DNA of 64,000 nucleotides from Octopus vulgaris (Eukaryota), in NCBI GenBank assembly GCA_951406725.2, contig OX597832.1, positions 24,862,001 through 24,926,000 of the forward strand. The letters are read 5' to 3'. The position numbers were made by a program, and so were the translations under genes. The notes beneath the pieces are model-generated. The model ran no database searches. It was not told the origin of the DNA and saw only the letters and a program-made list of their open reading frames with translations. This document shows, piece after piece, positions 1 through 14,488 of this stretch (position 1 is its first letter; the number at the start of each line of letters is the position of its first letter).

Positions 1-92
1 ATAAACACACACATCGCTCGGTCTGAGATTTGAACCCACGATCCCTCAACCGCGAGTCCGCTGCTCTAACCACTAGACCATGTACCTCCACT
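1..92 (-). mobile_element. tRNA-derived SINE (family C, OR-like), 5' head, cut by the window edge
   Basis: Reverse complement reads gtggaggtacatggtctagtggttagagcagcggactcgcggttgaggg...gggttcaaatc (A and B boxes); matches copies at 51696, 53178 and 60256. Confidence 0.8.
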
Positions 93-1021
93 ATATATAT
101 ATATATGTGTGAGTATATGTATATTTATAAATATGTACTCACATGTATATATACGTATACATATATATATGTATACATTTAAAATGTGTATTTGTGCACG
201 CATTATATATGCATATGAACTTATGTATATGTATATATTTGTGTTTTATTTGCGTTCGTATTTGTGTGTGTGCGTGTGTGTTTGTAAGATAAGAAAAATG
301 CTAAAAAAATAGAAAGGTTTTGAGGAATTTTGTTGAGGAATAGATAATACATGAAGCAAAAAAAAAAACAGTTAACAGGTTGGGCAAATTAAGCAACGGC
401 AAACACTCTCCCTGTCGTTTAATTGGTCATAATGACACCCACTCGAATGAAGGAATGCAGTTAATGTCATAAGCCTTGAGGGAACTCGATATCCCAATGC
501 ACATATTCATAAATGGTCTGCTCGATCAGGGCCGATGTGTTGCTAATGAAAAACAACAAGAACATCGACAACAACGACTCATAGATCGCAAATTCTTCCT
601 CTTCTCCTCCTAACCAATTTTATATCCCCGATTTAGCATCGTGTCCCTTTGTCTTCTGGGATGATATCAACAAATAAGTAATAATGAAAAATCGTTACCG
701 GTTCCTCGGAATCGTTTGGTGCACATTTCTTGGTCAACATTTCTTAATATCTTTCCGGAGCTACTTTCGTTTCCTGACAGAAATGGTTTTTACTGACAAC
801 CGCAATCACCAACGAAGGAAAAAAAAACCAGGATAGATTGTAAAGGAACTTGACACTTTATATTAATATATATTGGAAATATATTTTTGATAAGGATATA
901 TTCGAATTATATATTTATAATTCCGACAGCTAGGATAATTTAGTGCGATGGATTTGTTTCTTTCAGTTTGTATATATTTGGAGCCTGTATATGTGTGTAG
1001 TTGAGTGTGTATCCTGTATCG

Positions 1022-1415
<394 letters not shown>

Positions 1416-1904
1416 ATATTAGGTACACTCATGTCAACTTTATTACAACTTATAATTTCGTCCACATAATTTGGCATTGGCAGGTCACCAGTGGAACAGG
1501 GCCATCTTAAATCAGTTTTCTATTTTCTTAAACGGAGATCTATCGCCCAATAGTTAGCAAATGCTGCCAACCTGATCCATCACTTAGTACACAGGTGACT
1601 ATTCTGTGGACCACATTATCTTGAAAAAGCTTCCAGCCCTGTAGAAATGATTTCAAAAGTTAAAGTACCTGTCATATTTTTAATACACAGAATATTGGAA
1701 TGGGATGTTTTCGAAAAATCAATTTAGCAACAGACCCAAACTTTCTACAGACTAACAGTTGAAAATTAGCCGGAGGTGGTCATTATTGAAATACAATTAT
1801 ATAGCGAAATCTGATATATATTATCCTATCACAATAGGGCGCTTCCTTGTGATTTCATATAGAATATATTATTTACCACTAACATTCAGCTTTTTTAACA
1901 CAAC

Positions 1905-1939
<35 letters not shown>

Positions 1940-1949
1940 GTCGCTTGAC

Positions 1950-2282
<333 letters not shown>

Positions 2283-2961
2283 AGTCAAGTAATCCGGTAA
2301 TACTCAGAAAAAAAGTTCTTAATGTATATATGTATGAACCACATTATCACAGTATCGACCAAACCATCATTTGTTATACATCACTGGTCACAATGCGCTT
2401 CCATTTCTTTGTTGTTTACACCATTCTATTCCATCTTATCTCAACCGTCTTCCAAGTAGATATTTCTACTAGATTTTTCATGGAACCCTTCCAAGTAGAT
2501 TTTTCAGACCCCTTGAATACGACTCGGTAACTCATGGGTCCACAGTTTGTCTATGTACCTTGTGGTGTGTCTGACCCAGTAAGCTTCTGCTTTCAGTAAT
2601 CTGCGATCACACTGTGTATTCCGCTCCATTCTCGAATAATCTCATTTCGAATGTGCTTTCTTAATATATTGTTTATATGTTTATGTGAGTGATATATGCA
2701 GAATTTACCAAAGTAGGATTATCTAAGGAAAGAATCAAATTTGGAAACACCATATCAATGTCAGTCAACTGGACGTAGAGACGGCTCGGCCGTGGCCCCA
2801 TTCGAAATTGCAACTATAGTTTGGCGCTTTTGGGATGGCTGAAACAAATCAAAAATGTTTTTCTACGAGGAAGAAGTAGCGATGTTAGCCGGCAGATAGT
2901 GAGAAGTTATATGTCATGTAAAAATTGTGCATGACAACGAGTAGAGCATACAAATATTATG

Positions 2962-2964
<3 letters not shown>

Positions 2965-2996
<32 letters not shown>

Positions 2997-3370
2997 TGTA
3001 TGTATGTATGTATGTATGTATGTATGTATGTATGTATGCATGCATGTATGTATGTATGCATGTATGTATGTATGTAAGTATGTATGTATGTATGTATGTA
3101 TGTGTGCATGTGTGTACGCATGTATGTATATATATATGCATGTGTGTATGTATGTATGTATGTATGCATTATGTATGTATGTATGCATGTATGTATGTCT
3201 GTATGTATGTATGTATGTATGTATGTATGTATGTATGTGTGTATGTATGTATGTATGTATGTATGTAAGTATGCATGCATGTATGTATATCTATGTTCTG
3301 TTCCAAGCTGTTGCTGCTAACTTAATGGAATAGATACATCGTGGGGGTTTCACATTCATAGAAATGTGGT

Positions 3371-3408
<38 letters not shown>

Positions 3409-3526
3409 TATATATATACATATATATATAGATATATATATACACAAATATTTATATATATATATGCACATACACATATATATATATTATATATTATATA
3501 TATATACATATATATATTTTATATAT

Positions 3527-3565
<39 letters not shown>

Positions 3566-3593
3566 CATATATACATAATATACATATATATAC

Positions 3594-3641
<48 letters not shown>

Positions 3642-3650
3642 CATGTATAC
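2965..3650. repeat. (TATG)n and (TA)n microsatellite block
   Basis: Direct inspection. Confidence 0.95.
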
Positions 3651-3937
3651 TCATCACGCACATATATCACTTGGGTGCATGAGTTGATTATTAATTTTCG
3701 ATTCAATATATTTCATTAATTAAGTAAATATGACTCATTAACGAGAATCTACATTAATTATTCATATTGCTTTATAGTTTACTAATTGCAATTAATTAGT
3801 TTCCGTTATATTTGTCGCAAATAAGTTCAATATAGTCAGACACCAACGTATACTTACCACGCTTAATTAGAAATTTCGATGCACACCCAGACACACAGAC
3901 ACAAACACAGACAGCACATGTATACACACATACACAC

Positions 3938-3989
<52 letters not shown>

Positions 3990-4049
3990 ACATATATATG
4001 AATACATGAATATATTGATGTACTTATACATGCACATAGACATATAAGA

Positions 4050-4260
4050 TATAAATCTTAGACTCAGGTTGTTGGGTCTAGATTTGAAGATTTTGGTGTC
4101 CCCTTTTCTCAGGAGCAGCGTGATATACCGGTGTAAAATCAACCATGTTGGAGAACATAAAGATTAAAACTGCGGTTCAAAAAAAAAGTAAGCTGACATG
4201 GAGCTTAGTAGAAATCATCTGAATGTTGAAGTATTTTGTGTATCAAGATGGTTCACGGTG
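4050..4260 (-). pseudogene. Possible decayed LINE RT fragment (L1/Tx1-like)
   Basis: Minus ORF contains ITLLLRKGDTKIFKSRPNNLSL, resembling the RT motif ITLIPKKGD...WRPISL; weak. Confidence 0.35.
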
Positions 4261-4397
4261 GGATTCAAAAGGCCGATATCATGATTGTTGCTGAACAATT
4301 CTCTGGGAACACTGTAAAGCGCTGTAAGATGTGATAGGGGCCTCGTGAAATGCAATTTCCCCTAAACATTGATGGTCTCCGTAGATGTTATTCATCT

Positions 4398-4520
4398 CCA
4401 GGCTTTGATCGGTCCGAGGCTATAGTAAAGGACACTTGCCCAAAGTGCCACGCTGTGGGACTGAACCCGGAGCTATGGGGTTGGTAAGCAAGTTACTTAC
4501 CACACAGCCACTCCTGCGCC
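4398..4520 (-). mobile_element. SINE family A (tRNA head plus CORE-like segment), 5' half
   Basis: Reverse complement starts ggcgcaggagtggctgtgtggtaag...gggttcagtccc; same as the 11903 copy. Confidence 0.9.
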
Positions 4521-4579
4521 TAACAACAACGGCATGTTTTTATTCTCTTCGCAGAAGGGCAGTAAGTTGTAAGAAACCT

Positions 4580-4852
4580 GACGGCGCGGACAATATTCTT
4601 AGCTGCGTTTTGTCCGTCTTAGCGTTCTGAGTTCAAATTCTGCCGAGATCGACTTTGCCTTTCATCATTTCGGTTTCGATAAAATAAATACCAGTTGAGC
4701 ACTGAGGTCCATCTAATCGACTTGCACCCTCTCCTCAAATTGCTGGCCTCGGGATGAATTTTGAAAGAAATATTCTCTTCGCATACGGCGGCGAGCTGGT
4801 CGGATCGTTACCATGATGAGCAAAATGCTTAGCGCAGTTCGTCCGTCTTAAC
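4580..4852 (+). mobile_element. SINE family B (Deu/Nin domain): old copy followed by the head of a second copy
   Basis: gttctgagttcaaattctgccgagatcgactttgcctttcatc...gataaaataaataccag; second head ggcggcgagctgg at about 4787. Confidence 0.8.
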
Positions 4853-4994
4853 GGTTGGCGAAAAGTAAGGAGATAGACCAGCTACGTTTCATGGCTATTT
4901 TCATATGGTTGCATGTGTTTAAATGAATAACATACATACACACAAACACACACAGACACGACATATGCTTGTGGTTATACATGTAGGCGTACTA

Positions 4995-5182
4995 AGGTGG
5001 CGAGCTGGCAGAAACGTTAGCACGCCGGGCGAAATGCATAGCTGTATTTCGTCTGCCGTTACGTTCTGAGTTCAACTTCCGCCGAGGTCGACTTTGCCTT
5101 TCATCCTTTCGGGGTCTATAAATTAAGAACCAGTTACGCACTGGGGTCGACGTTTGTCCGCTCTGTGTTTAGTAAAGAAATA
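4995..5182 (+). mobile_element. SINE family B (Deu/Nin domain)
   Basis: ggtggcgagctggcagaaacgttagcacgccgggcg...gcctttcatcctttcggggtc...; flanked by the near-repeat tatacatgtagg(c/g)gta. Confidence 0.9.
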
Positions 5183-6313
5183 TATACATGTAGGGGTAGT
5201 AAAATACTTGTGGGTGGTAAAGAAATATATACGTGTAGGGGTACGTGTGTTTGTGCATGTGCGTATGTGTGTCGGTTTTGTTATACTCATATACACTCGG
5301 TAGTTTTATTGTCATTGTCTTAAATATGTCAGAGTAAATTAAAATTCTAATTAGAAATACTTAATTAAGAAATAATCAGGAGCATGGACAGAGGTTACTG
5401 ACATTAAATATATCGCTATTGTATACTTTGTTGCATCTAAATATCATTGACTCAACTTAAAATATTATTTAAGAAATCTATTGTTTGTTCTGATTCGATT
5501 GGCTGTGCCGTATTAGTTCAATAGATTCGGGGTCCATTGTTTCTTTTTAAATACCAATCGATTTTTGGCATGCTTAGATATTATTGAACAGTCATGGTTC
5601 ATCCCTTAAATACGTCTTATGATACTAAGAAAAATAAAGGTTGAACATATATTTTGGCATAGGCATAATCTCTGCGTTTATAAAGTGTGCTATGCGGCTT
5701 CGTGTTTGCAGGCTCGATCCTACTACGAGGTATTTTGAACAATGTACCTTCTAGCTTAAATCCGAGCAAACCAATGCGCTTAAGTGCATGTGTGCACATA
5801 TATATATCGATGCATACATGTATATAAATATATATATATATGTATATGCGTGTGTATGTGTTTGAGTGTGTGTGTGTGTGTGTGTGCATATATGTGTGTG
5901 TGTGTGTATGAATGTATATATATATATTCATATATGCATGTGTTTTGTGGGCTTGTCTTTGTGAGTGTGTATATATATATGCATATATATACCTACTTTC
6001 AAACACACACATACAATACACACACATACGGCGCACACCATCAGTTGCAAACACCATCACCGATGCAAACTACAATCGTTTGCTTAGAAGAAGCTTTTTT
6101 TTCGCTTTCTATAAATTTTCCGATATCACGCAGAAGCATTTGTTATGGTAGTTGAAACTTTTATCATAAAATAAAACTCGTAAACCCGGTGTCTCGTAAA
6201 GCAGGTACTCGTAAAATGACGCACCGCTTACTGTACAATACATATCAGAGTGAGACAAAATCTATCCCAGCATTTTGTACAATTTCTCGAATATATATAT
6301 ATATATATTTCTC

Positions 6314-6399
<86 letters not shown>

Positions 6400-6823
6400 T
6401 CAATTAATATTCCTAGCTGTCTGTGATGTATTTCCAAGAATGAACTCATATTTCAAAATTGTACGAATTTCTGACTTATCCATCTCTAAACAAAAATAGC
6501 AAAAATCGATTTTTAAATACCTTATAAAGCGCAAAATGATTTCGAAAAAAAAAGAAATAGATGTGTCTGCTTTCTAACAAAAAAAAAGGGTTGTTAAGAT
6601 ATAATAATGGCGCAAAATGAGCAGCTGACAAAGTTTACTATATACCTCACCACAAATTTTAGACTTGACGACCTAACACACACACACACACACACGTGAT
6701 TATTCTTAGTATAAATTGTATATTAAACGGGAATCAAACCACATGTTTGAATAGTAAGTCCTTGGAAGGATACCTGAAAATAATTCTTTTATGGAATATT
6801 CATAGCAATTTCCATTATTTACA

Positions 6824-6905
<82 letters not shown>

Positions 6906-6909
6906 ACCG

Positions 6910-6944
<35 letters not shown>

Positions 6945-6972
6945 GCTACTACTACTACTGCTACTACTACTA
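6824..6972. repeat. Compound (ACT)n/(GCT)n trinucleotide repeat
   Basis: Direct inspection. Confidence 0.95.
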
Positions 6973-7081
6973 CCGTACACTGTTCTCGTCATCTTCCAAT
7001 TCATTTGCAGTGGAATTCTCTTGTATGATATATCGAATTATTTCTTAACGTTTAGAAATACATACCTAAATACATGCATAA

Positions 7082-7186
<105 letters not shown>

Positions 7187-7832
7187 ATTATTTCCGTTAT
7201 TTTATCTTATAGATTCTTATATCAGCAAATACCGAATTTACCATTCTAATCCGTATCTTGTGATTCTTTTCGAAATACTGTTTGGGAAAAAAAAATCGTC
7301 GTGATATCCGTCGAAGACATATCTCGTTCGTGACCAATAGTTTAGCAAAGGCGATTACCTTTGACTTGATATCTTCGATTTCATATATCGATATGAAAGA
7401 GAATCATCTTCTTATTATTTATTTCTTAGTTTTTTTTAAAAATCTTTAACATCCGTTTTTTTTATTCTATTGTATTGTATTTCTTTCCGTTGATATATCA
7501 CCATTTTTAGTACATACTTGTCCAATAACACATAATATTTCTATATCTATTTGTTTTCCTTTGTACTAGTTTCATTCAAAGCGTCTATCAGACTATCTCC
7601 TGTCTTCTCTCATTTTCTCTTATATATCAGCTCAGTCAAACATACACACACATCCATGAACAGAAACATATCGATATTTACATAGCTTAATTTGTACTTG
7701 CATATATACACATATATAAATACATACATACACACCTAAAGACAAACATACATACATTCACCCCCTCACGCATGAGCACATATATGTGTCTCTGTGTACG
7801 TATATCTTCTCTTGCTTAGGCACACATGACTT

Positions 7833-7924
7833 TGATAAAGCCCCGGGGCAGTGTCGTGAAATACGGCATATCCAAGACACACCACATGCGCTGCCCAAAC
7901 ATAGGCCAGAAAGAACGAAAGGAA
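7833..7924 (+). repeat. ~92-bp direct repeat, copy 1
   Basis: tgataaag.cccggggcagtgtcgtgaaatacggc.tatccaagacacacca...ggccagaaagaacgaaaggaa recurs at 8936-9029. Confidence 0.9.
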
Positions 7925-7939
7925 TAAAGGAAGAACTTG

Positions 7940-8935
7940 GGAATTAATATTTTAAGGAACGTATAGTATGTTGTGCGAACTCTCAGTATACAGCAAACAT
8001 CTTGGCCCCCCAAGACATTTGCAGTACCAGTACTCACACCCACATTTGACCTTCTAACTGGTTATTCCCCGAGCTGCAGGTGACAGACGTAGTGATTCGC
8101 ATGTTGTTTAGTGTTGCTGGAAAGTTCAACTACAATGGAAATGTAACGAGGTAGGCTCTCCAAGTAATGTTTTGGCTGTGATCTTAAACCTGTATTAATG
8201 TCATATGGAGCAGGTATTGTGACACTGAAGCAACGTATGTAGCAGAGTAAAGAGTTCAGTCACTAATTGAAACTAATTGAAACAATGAAACTTATTACAT
8301 AATTAGGAGAACATTGATAAAATATATTTATTAAAACAACAAAAGTAAAAGTCCACTTCATTGAGAAGATAGAGCGTGGATACCTGGAACGAAAAATACT
8401 AGACGTAGGAGGAATTGATCACATCTAAAGTTTAGCATTGAGTAAGGACAAATTTATAACATACCACATTGAAGACTATTTCTATAGAATTCAAGGACAC
8501 GAGATTTCCACTGGACAACAAATATAGGCTGTGCAAAGATAAAACTGAAGTAAGCAACGATATTATTGCCAATTGCGAGAAAATGTGTTCTGGGTTATGT
8601 TCTTATGAGATATAAAAGGCTGACCAGAAAATTCTGGAATAGAATAAAAGAGAGAAAATTATGACCAAATGAAGTTGAATAATTGATATTGATGGATGAA
8701 AATAAAATTGGTGGAAATTTAAAATTAAAACAGCCACTAAATTAAAATACAACCGGCCAGATATTGTGTGGGACCCCAAGAAATAGATATATTCTGTTGT
8801 GAAATCAGCTGGATATTGAAGTCGTTAGAAAAATACAAGTGAAAGATAATATCTACTGAGCGTTGATAAGGGACTTGAGAAGGCAGTACCCAAGATACAC
8901 TTTCTAATTCAAATTAGCATTGTAGCCACAGGATA
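7940..8935 (+). pseudogene. Decayed 3' part of an RLE-type (R4/Dong-like) non-LTR retrotransposon ORF
   Basis: Broken frames give TFAVPVLTPTF (post-RT), LCKDKTE...IIANCEK (zinc-knuckle remnant) and WWKFKIKTATKLKYNRPDIV..EIS (PD-D/E RLE nuclease). Confidence 0.75.
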
Positions 8936-9029
8936 TGATAAAGTCGCCGGGGCAGTGTCGTGAAATACGGCGTATCCAAGACACACCATATGCGCAAGCC
9001 GAAACACAGGCCAGAAAGAACGAAAGGAA
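8936..9029 (+). repeat. ~92-bp direct repeat, copy 2
   Basis: Aligns with 7833-7924 with few mismatches. Confidence 0.9.
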
Positions 9030-9304
9030 GAGGAAAATTTCTACGAGTATAGGACTGGTACTTAATGGAATGAGTTGAAACTGACGAGGGGGAGGATTTG
9101 AACTCAGATCATATACAGCTGGGACAATTATTGCAAAACAATCTATCCCACATGAGTAACCACTGCAGAAACCAAGCGCATTGGTTTGTGTGTGTGTGGT
9201 AGGTATAGATAATTATGCATGCACTTACACACGTAAATTTGAGTGAGCTTATACATATACCCACATAAATATGCATACCTATATCCCTATTTATGCATGA
9301 ACAT

Positions 9305-9376
9305 CCTCCAGAAGAAAAGCTCTACCTTGTAATTTGTCCCATCTGTGTGCAGCCCTGTATGGCCAATAAAGAAACT
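9305..9376 (+). repeat. Dispersed repeat tail shared with 23755-23824
   Basis: ctcca.aagaaaagctctaccttgtaatttgtcc..tctgtgtgcagccctgt.tggc.aataaagaaac occurs at both loci. Confidence 0.8.
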
Positions 9377-9386
9377 TATCTGTTTG

Positions 9387-9492
<106 letters not shown>

Positions 9493-9552
9493 GGCCTGTC
9501 TGTCTGTCTGTCTATCCATCCATCTCTATCTTTCTCTCGCTCACTCTCTGTT

Positions 9553-9596
<44 letters not shown>

Positions 9597-10123
9597 TGTC
9601 TATGTACGTATTAACGTTATGCACGCGTTTGTCTAGTTTTTGATGAGCAGGAAGATAAAACACCATGTTACGTTGTGACGTATAAATAAAGAAGCGAAAA
9701 ATCAAACAAAAACTAAAAAAACGGGCACACAAAAAAAAAAAAAATAATCGAAACAAAACAACCTACGAAAATGCATAAAGTAAAATAAGGAAAGAACAAA
9801 CAAAATTTAGGAGTGACACGAAACAAATGATTCCCTCTTCATCTGTAGCTTTTATATCGCACAACATATATTTAAGATTCTGTTTCAGGACTCACAAAAA
9901 AAAAAAACAGAAGGAAAACGAAACCATTACAACATGTCTGTGTGTCCTTGTAGCCATTAAAACAAACACATAAACCGCCATATATTCAATTTATACGTTA
10001 TTGCTATTGAATAATAAGGTCTTCATCGTATAATAATAACAATAGACGTTATTACATATCAAAGTATTTTGTTAGATATAAACGCAACCGACGTGTGCAC
10101 TTTTATCACATATATAGTCATTA

Positions 10124-10188
<65 letters not shown>

Positions 10189-10308
10189 GTTATTATTATT
10201 GTTATTGCAATAATAATTATATACAGTATTAAGTATCAAAGTATTTTGCGGTACATCCTCAACTTATATAATCTCTTTTAGTATATTATTGCTTTGTAAT
10301 AATAACAA

Positions 10309-10377
<69 letters not shown>

Positions 10378-10408
10378 CTATATATATCTATATATCTATC
10401 TATCCATC

Positions 10409-10440
<32 letters not shown>

Positions 10441-10495
10441 TATAATATATCAAACTATCTATCTCTCTCTCTCTCTATCTATCTATATCTATCTA

Positions 10496-10594
<99 letters not shown>

Positions 10595-10629
10595 GTCTGT
10601 CTATCTGTCTGTCTGTCTGTCTGCCTGCC

Positions 10630-10664
<35 letters not shown>

Positions 10665-11045
10665 ATGTATGTATGTATGTCTGTCTATCTGTATGTATGC
10701 ATGTATGTATGTATATATATGATATTAGGTATAAAAAGTCTTTCCGTTAGATATATATCTCACCAATATATTAACTTTTACCGTATTCTATTTGTTGCAG
10801 TAATGATAGCTTGATATCTTCAAAGTCTGTCATTATACGACTACGTGTAATATGGTACTTTTTACTTTATTAGTATTTTATAACAATGGTGGTGGTGGTG
10901 TTAGTGATGAAGATGATGATGACGGTGGTGGTGGTGGTTGCAGTGGTGATGACCGTGATGATGGTGATGGGGATCATAAGTAAGAAGTGGATGGAGGATA
11001 AGTAAGAGTAAATGAAGAGGGAGGAAAAAGGGAAAGCAATGAGTA

Positions 11046-11146
<101 letters not shown>

Positions 11147-11180
11147 GTAATAATAATAATAATAATAAGAAGAAGAAGAA

Positions 11181-11590
11181 GGAGAACGATAATCTGAGAC
11201 TATGATTTTCAGACGGGTCGTGTAATCGAACACCTTCAGCCGGATGTTGTCATATTGAGTAAGAGAGGCAAATACTGTCAGATCATTGATGTAGCCATAC
11301 AAAATGACATGAATGTTGTGAGTAAAGAGGTTGAAAATATCACCAAGTACTCTGAATTGAAAGAGGAAATGGCAAAACTGCATGGAATGCGAGAGGGTGA
11401 AGTAAAAGTGATCCCAGTGGTGATTGGAGCGTTGGGCTCAATCAATACTTCTTCGGAAAACTGGAAAATCCATGCAAGATTGATGTCTTGCCAAAAGCAG
11501 CCTTATTGGGCACAGCGCACGTCTTAAGGAAAGTATTATCTGTCTGAGGTCCTTGGTATGACTTTGTACCTATGCTGTGTTAAGAAGGAA
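11181..11590 (+). pseudogene. 5'-truncated R4/Dong-like LINE: RLE endonuclease C-terminus and 3' UTR
   Basis: DFQTGRVIEHLQPDVVILSKRGKYCQIIDVAIQND...KYSELKEEM...VIPVVIGALGS...KAALLGTAHVLRKVL; lies between (TAA)n tracts. Confidence 0.9.
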
Positions 11591-11619
11591 TAATAGTAGT
11601 AATAATAATAATAATAATC

Positions 11620-11800
11620 GCTTCTACTAAAGGCACAAAGGCCTGAAATTTTGAGGGAGGACAGGCGTTAACATCGATACCAGAGTTTCACTGGTACTTA
11701 AGTTATCGACCCGGGAAACGCAAATCGTGCAATCGGACGAAACAGACGAAATGCCGCTTTGCATCTTGTAGGGAGTGCTAACGATTCTGCCAGCTCACCG
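11620..11800 (-). mobile_element. SINE family B, old copy
   Basis: actggtacttaagttatcgaccc...gctaacgattctgccagctcacc is the reverse complement of the family B consensus. Confidence 0.75.
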
Positions 11801-11902
11801 ATTTATATTCATCAAACCGACGGGAGTATCTAGAAACTTGATCACTGATATTTTTCCATGGTTTAGTATAAATAACAATCTTATCTGTTTATTTTAAACT
11901 AT

Positions 11903-12074
11903 AGGCGCAGGAGTGGCTGTGTGGTAAGTAGCTTGCTTACCAACCACATGGTTCCGGGTTCAGTCCCACTGCGTGGCACCTTGGACAAGTCTCTTCTACT
12001 ATAGCCTCGGGCCAACCAAAGCCTTGTGAGTGGATTTGGTAGACGGAAACTGAAAGAAGCCCGTCGTATATATG

Positions 12075-12108
<34 letters not shown>

Positions 12109-12321
12109 CATGCATGTTTGTGTGTCTGTGTTTGTCCCCCTAGCATTGCTTGGCAACCGATGCTGGTGTGTTTATGTCTCCGTTACTTAGCGGTTCGGCA
12201 AAAGAGACCGATAGAATAAGTACTGGGCTTACAAGAGAATAAGTACCGGGGTCGAGTTGCTCGATTAAAGGCGGTGCTCCAACATGGCCGCAGTCAAATG
12301 ACTGAAACAAGTAAAAGAGTA
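11903..12321 (+). mobile_element. SINE family A, full length, with internal (TA)n(TG)n
   Basis: tRNA-like head, CORE-like ccttggacaagtctcttc, internal microsatellite, 3' half ending gactgaaacaagtaaaagag. Confidence 0.92.
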
Positions 12322-13346
12322 TTGAAGACATCTTAAACGAATCTAATAAAATATTTCATGTATTTTCCATGCACGCATTCAGAAATAAACGCATTGTCCG
12401 ACGCTTAATACGATATGCACTAATGCAAATTTTAAACTCTTTATACAAATTTGAGCCAACGAACCAATACATTATCCGAACAATTTCTCTCACCAAAATG
12501 AAGTCAATTTTCCTATATACGTTGTCGTTAGTTTCCAAATTGGAGTTCTGAGCGAAATAAAGCATAAGCTGCGGTATGGCCAGATATATCTGAAAAATAA
12601 AGATTATTTAACGTATTTAGTAAAGTCTAGGCGGACTGGAAGATGTAATGAAGAACAGAAGTCAAGGGTGTTCAAATGATTCTGGTAAAGCTGTGATATA
12701 GTTGAGGTGGTCTTGGTGGTGGTCGGGGATAGATACATAATTTAATTTAGTCAATTCATTTTCGTTTTGATGCTGAGTTTGTTCTCAGCAACATTTTAAA
12801 AGTTCTGCAACTTATGCCAATAATTAAATCAATGTTCTCTGCGTGAGCTTAGAAGTGTTTCGTCTGCGTCTGTGGCTCTGAGCTGTTTTCACAAGGCATT
12901 TTATTCACACACGTTAATGATGTCTGGTTTTGGTCTGGTTTCCGTTGTTGTTGTTGTTCCTGTTTAAATCCTGGTCTGTCTCGAGAGAACAGGCCTACGA
13001 GACAGTACGTTCCGTCCGTCAATATCCGCTCTGCTTCCGTGTGTCTATATTTTCGTAATCTAATGTTGCCTTCCGTTTATTCGAAAAAAACTTGTGTATG
13101 GTTTGTAGGATGTTTGGCCTGGATTGTTATTTCTAGCAATCCAGATAGCCATGGAGGCGTGGGCTAAAATGATTGACAAATAAACAGCTAAGCAAAACGT
13201 CGGGTGTTCAAACTGCGTTGCTGGTGATGTATAGTGGTCAAAGCTGCACCTCTCAACCGCTCGGTTGTTCTAATTGTTGTTCTAATTGTTGCTGTTTACT
13301 CTCGATCAATCATCAGTCGCCTGTCAATCATCATGGTATTTATTCA

Positions 13347-13573
13347 GCGAGCTGGCAGAAACAGTAGCACGAAGGGCGAAATGCTTAGCCGTATTTCGTC
13401 TGCCGTTACGTTCTGAGTTCAAATTCCGCCGAGGTCGACTTTGCCTTTCATCCTTTCGGGGTCGATAAATTAAGTACCAATTACGCACTGGGGTCGATAT
13501 AATCGACTTAATCCGTTTGTCTGTCCTTGTTCGTCACCTCTATGTTGAGCCCCTTGAGGGTAGTAAAGAAATA
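13347..13573 (+). mobile_element. SINE family B (Deu/Nin domain), young copy
   Basis: Contains gcctttcatcctttcggggtcgataaattaagtacca; ends gtagtaaagaaata. Confidence 0.92.
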
Positions 13574-13579
13574 TATACA

Positions 13580-14319
13580 TATAGGGGATCCGATGGGTAA
13601 ATCGTTACTATTTTATATTTATAATTTCGCGCATGCGCATTGTTTGTTTTTGATATTGTCGACTACACAGTATAGTAGGGTCAGTTGGGCAATGTCTGTG
13701 AGAAAAAGAGCATCATGACGCAATTCATTCTGCCAGAAATTTGGAAACGACATGTTTTAAGCTTTGCATTCCCGCTGGAAGCTCCAGTAGGAACATTTCA
13801 CAGTGTTTGGGTGTCAATCTGAGGAGAGTGCAATCTGAGGACCATTAACGAGAGTGCACCCAGTCAACATCATGGTGCTTGGTGTGATCGCTAGTAATGA
13901 CGACGTTATGCCTCCATTCATCTTCCCACACGGCCTCAAACTCAATACGGAGGCCTACATCAAGTGCCCGGAGGGGGTAGTGCTGCCCTGGGTCAAGAGT
14001 GCAGCTGCTCAAAGGCAACAACAGAGTCCTGTTTAGCAAGAGGACTCCGCACCATGCCACACAAGCAGAAGAATCCAGTTACTGCTCTCAGACCATTTCT
14101 GCGACCACACCGCCCTTAAACAAGGAGACCATCCAGAAGAGATACTGGAGATTCGGAAGTGGTAGGGAGGTCGTGGTTGAAGCCAATGGCGATTTTATTA
14201 AATAAATTTACTCTTTAGTATTTCAAGATATTTTTATGTAACTTTCGTAAATGAGATGTGTTATTTTCACTTTTGTGTAATTTAATGTAATTTATACAAT
14301 TCATTCACCACACCCTGTA
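13580..14319 (+). mobile_element. Internally deleted Tc1/mariner element, maT (DD37D)-like
   Basis: HPVNIMVLGVIASNDDVMPPFIFPHGLKLNTEAYIK...QEDSAPCHTS; right end cacaccctgta; homologous to 37381-38005. Confidence 0.85.
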
Positions 14320-14335
14320 TGTTACGTATATGTGC

Positions 14336-14400
<65 letters not shown>

Positions 14401-14438
14401 TGTGTGTTTGTGCATAAATGTGTTTATATGTATATATA

Positions 14439-14488
<50 letters not shown>

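Noticed and set aside
6696-7028. Mucin-like poly-Thr/Ala ORF
   Set aside because: It is only the (ACT)n(GCT)n tract; the flanks are not protein-like
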